DNA of 64,000 bases from Toensbergia leucococca. Lineage: Eukaryota. Location of the stretch: NCBI GenBank assembly GCA_022813965.1, contig JALDZS010000002.1, positions 372,001 to 436,000 on the forward strand, read 5' to 3'. Numbering within the stretch: position 1 is the first letter of the stretch; every line of letters begins with the position of its first letter. Under the pieces are notes generated by a model, which saw only the letters and a program-made list of their open reading frames with translations, did not search any database and was not told the origin of the DNA. Position numbers and translations under genes: made by a program. Positions 26,122 through 37,393 of this stretch are shown here, in pieces.

Positions 26122-27287
26122 ATGGCTTCGGACCTGCAGCAGACGCCTTTTGTGAAGCAGCTGGCTGCCAGTGGTATGTATATTGTTACATTCCGTCCAA
26201 GCACGTTTTCTGTTTTGTCTGATTCCAAGGACTTTGTGCTTGTGGAAAATTTGTTTCTTGACTTTTACGATGGTGTGTGGTGAGCAAAATTTTTGCTACA
26301 GAAATCCTTTTTGGATTTGAGGAAAATTGCCGTGCTGTTTCTATTATCACTCATTTTACATCATCTATATTCCAGACACACAGGGCAGGAAATGAAAAAA
26401 AACCATCATAAGGATATTTGCCCTAATTCCTGTGTTTCCTCCTCCTAAGCATTTTGAATTTCCATAAAATCCTGTTCTTTCTTCTACAAATATACCAGGG
26501 GCTTGAGTGAAACTTCCTTGAAAAACGTATTTGAAAGGTTGTCACTAATACTTCCCCAAAACAGACCGTCCAACGCGCGAAAAAGCACTCGAGTCACTCC
26601 AAACCTACCTAGCATCCAGCCGAAATTTTACCACCCTTGACCTACTCAAAATCTGGAAAGGCCTCTTTTTCTGTATCTTTCCCACACTCCATACCCGAGC
26701 TCATCCCTATTGACCCCTTTCCCACAACAGGCGTCTGGCAAACCGATCGCCCCCGCCCCCAACAATCGCTCTGCCTGTCTCTCTCGCACCTACTTCTCCC
26801 TCTCCCGCAGACCCTCTTCCTTTCGTTCCTTCACGCCTTCTGGACAACCATCTCTACGTCTTGGAACTCCATCCAATCGCTTCGCCTCGACAAATTTCTT
26901 CTCTTGGTTCGCTGCTATGTTCGCGCCTCATTTAGCTACCTCTCAGCCCATCAATGGGACGAAGTGCTGGTCAGTGGGTATCTGGAGATTGTTGAGCAGA
27001 TTCCGCTAAGTGTAGAGAATGCAAAAGTGCCGGATGGATTGAGGTATCATGTCTTGGACGTTTGGGTTCAGGAACTTGATAACGTTGATAAGGGGAGGGA
27101 AGGAAAATGTCCGGTGGATTTACTAATGGCACCACTCGAAACTTTAAGGATCGAAGGGAGAACCAAGACAGTGAGAACCAGAGCTAAGGAGATGTTAGAG
27201 GACGAGCGATTGAAGGATTGGAATGGCAATGTGGAAATGATTGATGGAGAGGATGAGGGAGATGATTGGGAAGGGTTCGAGGAATGA
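26122..27287 (+). CDS. RRP1: Ribosomal RNA processing protein 1 (Nop52 family)
   Basis: [33 protein letters not shown]...[45 protein letters not shown]; introns 26174-26564 and about 26673-26730. Confidence 0.92.
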
Positions 27288-27496
27288 TCTCCTGTCTTGA
27301 AAAGACACCACTCTGCATTTAAGGGCTCGCGTTCAAAGATTCTGGTGTTTCTCTGCTCCGCCCCATAAGCCTTTTCCCAAGCATCACCTTATTCGAGGCT
27401 AGTTGTTATTCGCCAACTCATAACATTTGAAGGGATAAAGACTACAAGCTAATCACCAACGCCGCCTGGTATCATCAAAGCAGTGAGCACGCCACT

Positions 27497-29164
27497 TTAT
27501 GCGGAGTCAGAATAAGCAACCCCCTTCGCTTCGTAAATGTGGCCAGATCTGGAAAGCACCGTACCTAAACCTCTATGAACCTCTGCTTGGTACGGTTCAA
27601 AAGGTACTCGTTCGCCATCAATACTAATATAGCCGTCTTTCTGACCCTTGGGAATAATTCGGTAGCCAGAGATCTTGCGATAGGTAACAGCTGGCATATC
27701 GAAAAAGGTACCCTTATCAACCGCTAGTAATGACTGGATGGCAGATATGCGACTGACGTCACCATCCATTGTGACAAGGTCTAGGTTTCCGTCATTTGGT
27801 AGAGCAGCGGTAAAGAAGTTGGTGTCGGCAGCCATATACGCCATGTTCCCAGCATAGAAGTTGCCCATATTATTGTATGGCATAAGATTCCAGTCTTGAG
27901 GGAGATTATCGTTTATAGAGCCATATCGAAGAATTGGAAGTCCTTTGCCATTATGATCGTACGACGAGTCATCATCGCCTTCGACCCCTCGACGATCTTT
28001 GAAACTTGCGTGATTACTTAGCTCTTTCCGGTAGTGTTCCCTGATTTCGGGTTTGCTGGCGATTTCAACCTTGATTGCAACATCACAGGGCCAGATTGTT
28101 TGCCGTAGTAGCCGGACAAAGAAGCCATAAGTGAACCGTACATCACCCATCCAACGTAGATGGTCTGTACCGAGATCAACCTCGGCTACCATTCCAACTG
28201 ACTGAGAGCAGAAGGATAGTGTCCTCTTGTCACCTTGTGTGATCGAGATCAAGTCCAAGGGAGTACGAATCCCCTTCACAATGCACAAAGCAGCCATGCT
28301 CGGGCTATCCGTCCCATTCAAATTCCAGCTCATAGCATTACCGGAGCCACAGGGGAGCTGCACCACGGCAACTTTGGCTAACGCTCTTCTAGCATCCTGT
28401 TTCATGCCAAGCCCGTTAAAGGCTTCATGCGGCAACCCATCACCCGAACACGATGCGATCACGTCGTAAGCATCGACGTCTATGTTTGCAGCAATTTCGA
28501 CAGCATGGCCTTTGAATCTTGTTCTCTCAACGTCCATCTCACATTGTGCAGCGGCGAAGATAGGCTCAATATCCCGAGTGTACCATTTCGGGGCGTTGCC
28601 TTGTCCGCCAAAAGGATTGATTAGGACCTTGATCCGTTTCTGACGCTGCGATTCACCGTATGCTCGGTCCAAAAGCTTCGAGATCCATGCAGTCACCGTA
28701 GGCCGTTCGAGTTTTTCGACTTCGTATTGAACGCAAGCTACCGCTACCACATGCTTCGAGGTTGGGTGAGCATAGTGAATAGTAATCTCGAGATCGGAAA
28801 GCTCAGCCCACACAACATTGAAATAGGGGATAGCTCTGGTGTTTTTTGGCTCTGGCACAGATCAGTCTCCATTTTCGGCCGAGTGGTTCATTGCTTACTA
28901 GAGGCAATTAGACCACAGCATTTCGTGGCGGCTCGCCTATTGAATCCTTCGTCTAGGGATGGCGTCAGTGTCTAGAAGTGGCAAAGTATGGTGGGCCAAT
29001 TGTTCACCGAGGACGATTAGAGAGTCGGTGCCCAATGTGAGTGACGCGTTCCTCCCCACTGTCAAGGTGATCTCGTCTTGTAAATCATGTTGCTCTTGAC
29101 TAATGCTAGAAGTAATGCTCGGATCCTCAAAAGGATCAACGTCCAGTGAAGGTTGAGCTGTCAT
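27497..29164 (-). CDS. Sphingoid long-chain base kinase (Lcb4/Lcb5/SphK family)
   Basis: INPFGGQG, SGDGLPHE, LPCGSGNA, IDGE DAGK-family motifs; ATG MTAQPSLDVDPF at 29164; short introns near the 5' end. Confidence 0.93.
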
Positions 29165-29758
29165 GTTTGGATGTGGATGGGTGCATAGTGAAGGAGGTTG
29201 GATGCTAGCAGTGTTGGGGCTGAGGATGAGGACCCTTGAGGATTTATCCGTATCCGTACTTGTATTTTGGACCTTTGGTATCCGTATTATTAGCTTTATA
29301 TTACGAACTAGGTATCCGTACATCGTAGTATTGTCGCTGCAGCCTGCAAGGTACCAGATAAGCGAGATTCCCCTATTCGGGTACATGAACTCGATGAAGT
29401 ACGGAGAAGGGGTCATGATATTGTCACTGCCTGTGATTATCGAACAACATTCATACCTTACTATGTCCCTTCTCCCGCTAGCTTTTGATACCGTTCAAGA
29501 TGCACGACTAGGCTAAAAGAGCTAGCAAATAAATGGTCATCTTCAGCAGTTCAAAGCCTCTTCTCATAACCTGACTCTTCATAAGCTCATGGTCTGATCA
29601 AATCATGTATCCACTTCCGGAAACGCTCACGAATCCTACGCGCTGAATACATTGGTACAACGCCTCACTGTGGCGCGAACCTTTATCGAATAGCTTCTTC
29701 TGGCCTAGGGTTGAGGAGCTGCTCCAGCACAAGACCATAGATCCTGTGGTAAAATCGC

Positions 29759-32700
29759 TCACGTGCTACCTCCAACCTTATTCAATCCTTTGAGAGCACC
29801 TAGGCTTAATGCAAGACCCTGGGATCGACTACGAATGCGAACGAAGCCCGTCACCGGCCCATCGTCTCCCTCTTTCTCGATACTCAGATTTGCCAAGGCA
29901 TCCTCGCCTAACAACGTAGTCAGCCATCATTGCCATCAAGAACAGCACCACATGTTCCTTACCAAAAACGCTGCGAGCATAAAGATTCGCACTCAGAAAT
30001 TGGCAGTCACCCGTCATGGATGCTTCTGGCGTTAAGCATGTCATGTTAGTGCAAGCCATTAATTGCTTGAGAAAATCGCGTAATGAAGCTGCCTTTGAAT
30101 TGATGTTGACTTTGTTCTCCCACTCGAATTCCGTCCACATGGTTCGGAACTGTGTTTCGGTACATTGTGCAGGTTGGATGTAGTCCATGATGTCCACGTG
30201 TACATCATTGAGGATGACCACGTTACTTTCTGTGGAGCTCGGCCCGTCGTATACCACATTGCCAAAGATGACCCCGGTATCTGTGGATGATACTTTGATG
30301 GTAGACTGCACATTTTGAAAGTCATGGGCGCTAAGATTTTGCGTCGTTGGCCTTTCCACCACTTTGAGATCGCCGAGGGTGGAGAATTCAACCGATAGAT
30401 TTTGAAGCGTCTCGTTGGTCTGGTTGACTAGTAAAACGTCAAGCACAATGTCAAATTGGTGGACCTGGACGTAAGCTTCTGCATACACGGGATCTGAGAA
30501 CCCCGTGAGTTGTACGACTCGGCTCAATTTAGAGGAAAGATCATCGACGGCAGAGTCTCCACCTGCAGCTTTTTCAAGGTCTGATTCGGTTTCGTCCAAG
30601 CCATCACCCGCCGATTTCTTAGCTAGTTGTCGGATTGAGATAACATCATCCACGTGCACCGAAGACTTTGATTTCGCGACAGCTTCCTTGGCCGCTCGTT
30701 TCTTCTCCTCTACCAGTACCATAGCTCGAAAGGCCTTTCTTGTATCATCCAGGAAGACAGTCTCGAGATCTTTCTTCTGCGCAAACTCGGCAAGTGATCG
30801 AACGCAGGACATGATTCTATCAACCGAGTCCTCATCAACCGGAGCTTTGACAAATTGTGATTGTCCCACTCGTATTATTGAAATCATAATCAGCATAGCC
30901 TCAGCACGTAGTGCATTTGTTCGAGCTTTGTCGCCTGAGATTTCCGAATGCCGCATAACAAGCTTGGTAAGTGTGGAGGAAAGCACCGTTGCAAGATAGT
31001 AGTCTCCATCCAAGATCATTTGCCGTAAGGGTGGCTTCTGCGCAGCTTTCACGGCTTCGAGTTTGGCAGTAGCAGACGATTGACTCGTCAAAGCGCTTTC
31101 AGTCGCATACGTGCCATCTGCTAGTACTTTTCTTGAACCAGTAGGTGCTGAAGGTTTGGCATGGCCATTAACTTGCTCTTTGGGTTCTTGATGTTCCTCA
31201 GGCACTTCTTCAAGTAAACGCTGCTCCGAGGCCAGAATTGGTATTTCCCCTAGACTGGCTCGGATTTTCTTCCACGCCTCACGAATATCATTCGCTTCTA
31301 ATGAATATTCGCCCACTATCCATAGTGCCCCTCTGTACACTTTGCCTGCCCGGACCTCACTAAGCGTGGACACAAGACGTTCTACTATTGAAGACCTTAG
31401 CTTTGGAAATCTCTCAACTACTTCCTTGACAAAGGAGATGACATCGATGGCGGAAGTAGCATTGAAGTCTGCGATGAAGTCCATGAGTAAATCAACCACA
31501 GAGGCTGCGACTTCAGAGAATTTGATGGCACAATGGTGAATCGATTGGATGAGTAATTGACGGTATTCATTATTCTGAATTCTTTGGTCAGTAGCCTCTA
31601 CGCCATCTATATCTCGGAGTCTATTTACCTTTTCGTACTGTTCGTCGATTGTTTTGGAGAGCTCCTTTTTTAGTAGTATGACGACTTCCTCGACGTTCTT
31701 GCTTGAGACCATTTCCATAGCAATGCCAAGAGCCTTTGCTCGAACATCGATATCAGGGCTGGAAAGTACTCGTAATATCTCCATAGTAAGGTCATCTAGA
31801 ACACCTTCGTTTCGTTTTCGAAGTTGATCTACTCGATCTAATACGATGAGCTTCACATTATTGTCCGCCTCTTTGATGCTCAATTCTATGAACTTTGACG
31901 CGGCTGCTTTGACAGCTACAGGATTACTAGTGAGTGATGTAAGGGATGAAGCGGCTTCATACACGACGGTCGTCGCTCCGGCTTCTAAAAGGTCAAAGAT
32001 CAACCGTAAGTACTTGGCCTAGATACGTATCAGTGTCATCATATCACAACAATAGCAGTATCTAGAGCAATCTTTCTAGGTCTACCTTATTTTGTGAGTT
32101 TTGTATGGCATCCTTCCGGATAAATTCCAGCTCCACTAGCTGGAGCAACTCATCTGCGTTGGAAATTCCGTCGAAAGCTCCACTTAAGTACTCCAAGGCC
32201 TTTTGGTGATCAATAGCAGTAAGGGCTGCAAAGGCGTTACGTTTGCAAGTGTGGTCGCTCTCGGATTGTAGGAATACTTGTATTAGATCAGGGGCGTCTG
32301 GTATCAATGATTCAGAGTGCTGGTAGATAGACGAAACCGCATAAACGGCGTTTTTGCGGACATAGGCGTGTCGATGTTCCAAACAGGATCGAGCAGAAGA
32401 GAGCAAGGGTTCAATGAGTTCAGCTTCCCGTAGCTTACATAGAAAACGTAGGGTATTACCCCTGATATACTCATTAGGATGCTGCAGGTCATTACGAATG
32501 CCGTTACTGCAACAATTCCTGTTAGCTGATATCCTACATACGCCCATTGGCTTAGGCTAATTACCAGACGAGTATCATCTCTTGCTTGAGCTTGCCCCCG
32601 GCGTCTAGCTTTGGGCATATTTCGTAATAAAAGTACAGCAGTTTCTTGAGCGCCTTGCTCTTGGATGGCATGACAAAACGTATTATATGCATAAGGAGCT

Positions 32701-32869
32701 GTGGCATAGGGTCTCCATTAAGCATCACCGTTAGGACGCGCTTCATTGTTTCCACCTTGTGATCATCCGTGCCTTTCTCCAACTGTGTCTTGAGCTCCTG
32801 CAAGGTGGGCTGGTCGGCGGTATTGTCTTGGTGGACCATGCTGTAGGCATGCTCCAAAAAAGAAGCCAT
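29759..32869 (-). CDS. SEC26: Coatomer subunit beta (beta-COP)
   Basis: [78 protein letters not shown]; ends ...[11 protein letters not shown]. Confidence 0.97.
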
Positions 32870-33281
32870 GGTGAGTAAGTCCCTAGCTATGGCTGTTCAC
32901 AATTGGTGCAGTCTGGACCAAAGATAGATTCCCCCTGCTTGGCTCTTCCAAGGTCTAATTCTCGGCTCACAGTTTTCCTGGGACGTACCGACGGCGGACA
33001 GGCATCTAGCGTAAGATGGGAAAGAGCCCTGATCCTTATTGTCTATTGAAGGGAGTTCGTTGCCGTGAAAATTAGCCGTTCCGTGTTCTTTGGCGTGTTC
33101 ATGCCTTTGGTTGTCCAAAATAAAGTATGTGTCCAACCCAAATCGTAGCTAAGCTAGCCGAGGTACACTTATGCGCTAATGTTATTTATTCTACAGATGT
33201 TACAAAACACAACGGCTAAGGTTCGAGGCTAGAACTGCACGACTCTTTTTACCACAGCTTCTGCTCTGCCAGTTCTCTACA

Positions 33282-34089
33282 ATGGCAGCTTCACATGAAC
33301 CCTTTTATGTCCGTTACTAGTAAGAGAATGAACAACGTTGCCCAGGTCTCTGCAGCCGCTGATCTCATGCGCGTAGCTCAGGACACTCTGGGCGATTTGG
33401 TCATGAATTCCTTGGTGAGATCAAAGCTACACTGAGTCTCCTAGAAATACTTACGCATACTGCAGAGTTCGACTTCCGTACCCTTGGCGACGGTCGAAGT
33501 GCTTCAGCCCGCTACGCAAATAATTCAAATTATCGCAATGATTCCTTGATCCGCAAAGAGAGTATGTTCAATTGCTACATTTCATAAGCATGGCTCCTGA
33601 ATAGTGTCAGTGTGTGTCAGCTCCCTTCTAATTGCCGAAATAAAACGCATTGTGAGAGAGAGTGAGATCATGAAGTATTTCATTCTTCCCTCGCAACGAC
33701 ACCGTTCAACTGTTGACTTCGGTTAGGGAGGACGACACGAAATGGCCTGAGAAGAATAAAGATGGACGGCAGGAGTTAGAGATTCGACTGGGCAATGAAC
33801 ACATTTCTTTCGAGGTTCAAATTCTGCCTTCCCCGGACTACCATGATAGAGAACTAATTCAACATCTTTTACAGACGGCTAAAATTGGATCCCTCGTCGA
33901 TGTTACCGAGTCGGCTGATCCAGAAGGACTTCGCGTTTTTTACTACCTCGTACAAGACCTCAAGGCCTTGGTGTTTTCTTTGATATCCTTGCACTTCAAG
34001 GTAAGAGGAGATGGCAACCCTTGCGAGTGTCTGCGTGGACAAGACCAGTGACCCTAACAAATGGCGCTCAATAGATCAAACCCATCTGA
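33282..34089 (+). CDS. mago: Mago nashi, exon-junction-complex core protein (7 exons)
   Basis: [29 protein letters not shown]...[17 protein letters not shown]...[32 protein letters not shown]. Confidence 0.97.
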
Positions 34090-34726
34090 TTTCCTTCCTG
34101 GAAGTGTCGGTCGGAGAATGAATCCATTGCGGAGCGTTCCACACATTCATGGATACGATGTTGCGCATTGAAGGAGTTGATTGCTCTGCTGATGGTAGCG
34201 AATCGAAGGCGTCTATTTGCAAACTCGGCCAGGCCAGAAAATGTTGAAAATTAGGTTAGTTTTGCGAAAGTTAATGGGATGACGCAAGATGCCCAGAATG
34301 TATTAGTATCGTTACGAGTAGGGTTTCTTGGATCGTCGAGGCTAACTCAAGGTCCGAGATCGGCCCCAGTCAGCACGGAGGAGGAAGATGAAGGGCAAGA
34401 AATGTAACAGAAAATGCAGTGTTTCAGAAGGCGAGAGAAATATATTGCGTGATGCATGAAATGACGTGGGAGACAATAATGGAATCATCTGATATCTGAT
34501 ATTGGTAGCTGTGCATCTGGAAAGACACGCTTATGCTGCTTTTGTGCTGACCAGTGAGATGCCTTCTCCCCCCGCCAGGTCCGGAAGTTGTTCCCTAGCT
34601 GTCGTGATCACCGCCATCAAGCCCCATGTCCAACAATTACTGCTCCTCCCTATATTCCCTATACTCTGAGCCTCTTCCTCTATTATTAACGTGCTTGATT
34701 CTCTGTATTTAGTCTTCTTCTATTCA

Positions 34727-35937
34727 ATGCCGACCCCCAGCGACACCACCCATCAAACAGTCGATCCGCATCACGATCGATTAGCGCACACGACATGTCC
34801 TCCTGAACATGAGAGGCCCGAAGCATGGAGGGCTCAAAGCGACGACATCATGCGCTCAGACGACATCGTAACTGTTCTGCCTCCACACGCGCAAGACTCG
34901 TCGACGTTGGATGGACCCACATCCGGTCCAGCGGAGCATCACAAGACATCAAACATGGAACAAGATCAGTCTAGCCAAGATACTTCGAGCCCGATGAGTA
35001 TCTCTACAGACGCCAAAGAAGGCGATTTGGAGCAGGATTCGGCACATTCGCAGCAAACAGACACCTCGACGCCATCGACCTCCTCCACCAACTACCACTT
35101 CTCCAACATCCGAGTCCGTCCTTCTCGACTTCCAGCATCGCAAGAGAGCATCACGACTAATGTTGTATCCACAGATGTTCCCTAATCATACTTCTTCCTT
35201 TCTCCGCGCCGGCAGCAAATTTCGCGGCACTCAACAATCCGATCGCCAAGTTTACAAAGTCGAAGTTGACATTAAGCATGTCGACATGGCCGAATCATTC
35301 CTCTGCGGGTATCTTCGCATCGAAGGTATGATCAATTTTTCAAGTCTCCATATTCGCGAACTGACCCCTCCCTTTTGTAGGTCTCACTGAAGATCACCCA
35401 TCCCTCACAACCTATTTCGAAAGCGAGATCATTGGTCCCAAATACACATTCCAGACGAAACACCCTTCCTGGGGCGCTACCGATAAGACCGATATGCAGC
35501 ACTGGGCGCGCTTTCCCTCCTGGCGTCCCCTAGCCAAGCAAGCCAAAAAGCCAGACTTTCACTACAAGAACTTTACGCAACGCGAAAGCATCTTCATGCG
35601 GTGGAAGGAGTATTTCCTAGTCCCGGACCACCGCGTGCGAGAGATCATGGGCGCAAGCTTCGAGGGCTTCTACTACATTTGCTTCAATCAGGTCGCCGGG
35701 ACTGTGAGCGGGATTTACTTTCATGCTAAGAGCGAGAAGTACGACTTCCTCTCCTTTGTTGCTGTCATTTCAACATTTTACCACCTTCAAATCACATTCT
35801 ACCATGGTTCATGGCGAGCCATGACTCCTGACTTTCCTGTAACCAACGCTAACACCCCACCCTGTATTAGATTCCAACAGCTCGAACTCTCACATGTTGA
35901 CGACCAAGGATGTTTAGGCGCCATTGAGTTTCGATGA
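34727..35937 (+). CDS. GID4: GID complex substrate receptor Gid4/Vid24
   Basis: FLRAGSKFRGTQQS, LCGYLRIE|GLTEDHPSLTTYFESEIIG, IFMRWKEYFLVPDHRV, GASFEGFYYI, FQQLEL; 3 introns. Confidence 0.93.
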
Positions 35938-37393
35938 AGTGAACGTCTCTCAACGGCCACTTAGGGGAATCATTTAGCGACGGAGTGTATGGGAAATCGG
36001 ACAAGTATAAATGACATATTTCACGCCCACATGAAGCACACCTTTTTCCCTTCTTTACCTTTTTCTTTGAATCGGACATATGCTTGGCTTTGCCTAGGTG
36101 TTGATCGAAAATGGAGCAGAGGAGTTTTTTACGAATCATTGTCTCCTGCGAGTCGGATGGATTCTTTGGCTACATGGGGAAGGGGGTTGGAGCGGGGTAG
36201 GGGGTGGGTGTTTTCTGCAGCCCCGAGGTTCCTTTGGGTTCCGTCCGTTCTGGGGGTTTTGCCTCTGCGCTTGTATCTACGTGTGGAGAAATTTTTTCCC
36301 CCTAATCATATGGTGGCCTCGTGGTGGGATAATTGTTCGGGCTTGTCAAGTGCTGTGCATTTCTCCAAAGGGAAAAATGTGACTAATTGTGAAAGCCGCC
36401 CCTCCCTTTTTGAATCCGATGCCGAGATCTTTGTGATTTTGCACTCGACTCGCAACCTCGAACTGCTGACTTTCTAGTACAGTGTTTAATTGGCAGCTTT
36501 CTTTTGTCTTTTTCTTTTTTTCAAAGGGTTTTCCCGGCTCTTCTGTTTAGGAAAAGGGGGAAACCGGGGAATGTGGTGAATTGAAGAGCGAGGTGGGATT
36601 AGAGGAAGAAACAGGGAAAGGATTATATCGATAGTGGTAGCATTGGACAGTTTGGAAAGGGTGACAGATTTCATCGTAAGTGGACTGGAAAAGCACGGAG
36701 CTTGGAGAAGAAGTCGAATTGCCCTTGACACACGCGTCACTATGATATCCAAAACTCTAGAAATGCTTGACCTGTCCCCCCTCGCTCCTCTATCACCGTC
36801 CTCGCACGACTTTTGTCTTCTTTTGTGCTTTCAAAAACCCGGCCAAAACCAAACATAGAGATCCGCTCCTTAGAACAAACCAACCCAGCTGCTTTCCTAT
36901 TAAACGTTACCGAGTACAAATTAGATTCCTCTGCGCAACACGTGGAAAAAAGAAGAGAAAAAAACACAGAAGCGTCATATCCAGCCAGTTACCACACCAC
37001 ACCTATGCTTTTTTTCGCCTACTGACGTGTTTGCATCCGAAACGTGAGAGAGAAAAAAGGAAATAGAAAATACATAAAGGTCGGTCATTTGTGAGCCGCT
37101 GGTGAATGCTGGAAGGAAATGACAAAAGGCGTGATCAAGACAATCTCCCGCCCCTGTGTTGCCGCCCGCTCTGTGTACGTTTTATGTCTTGTTGGAATGC
37201 TTGGAATGATGCTGGAATGAAATCGCTAAGATGCCGTGACGAGACCGAGGAGAACCAAACCCTTGGAGACAATGCATAGTTGATGTACAAGAAGGAATTC
37301 TGTCGATAAGGAAAGAAAATTCGTCGGTAATTGGAGGAGTCGATGATGTGTTTGACGGCAATTCATTGGAGACGTTGCTTTCTTTAACAAAGT

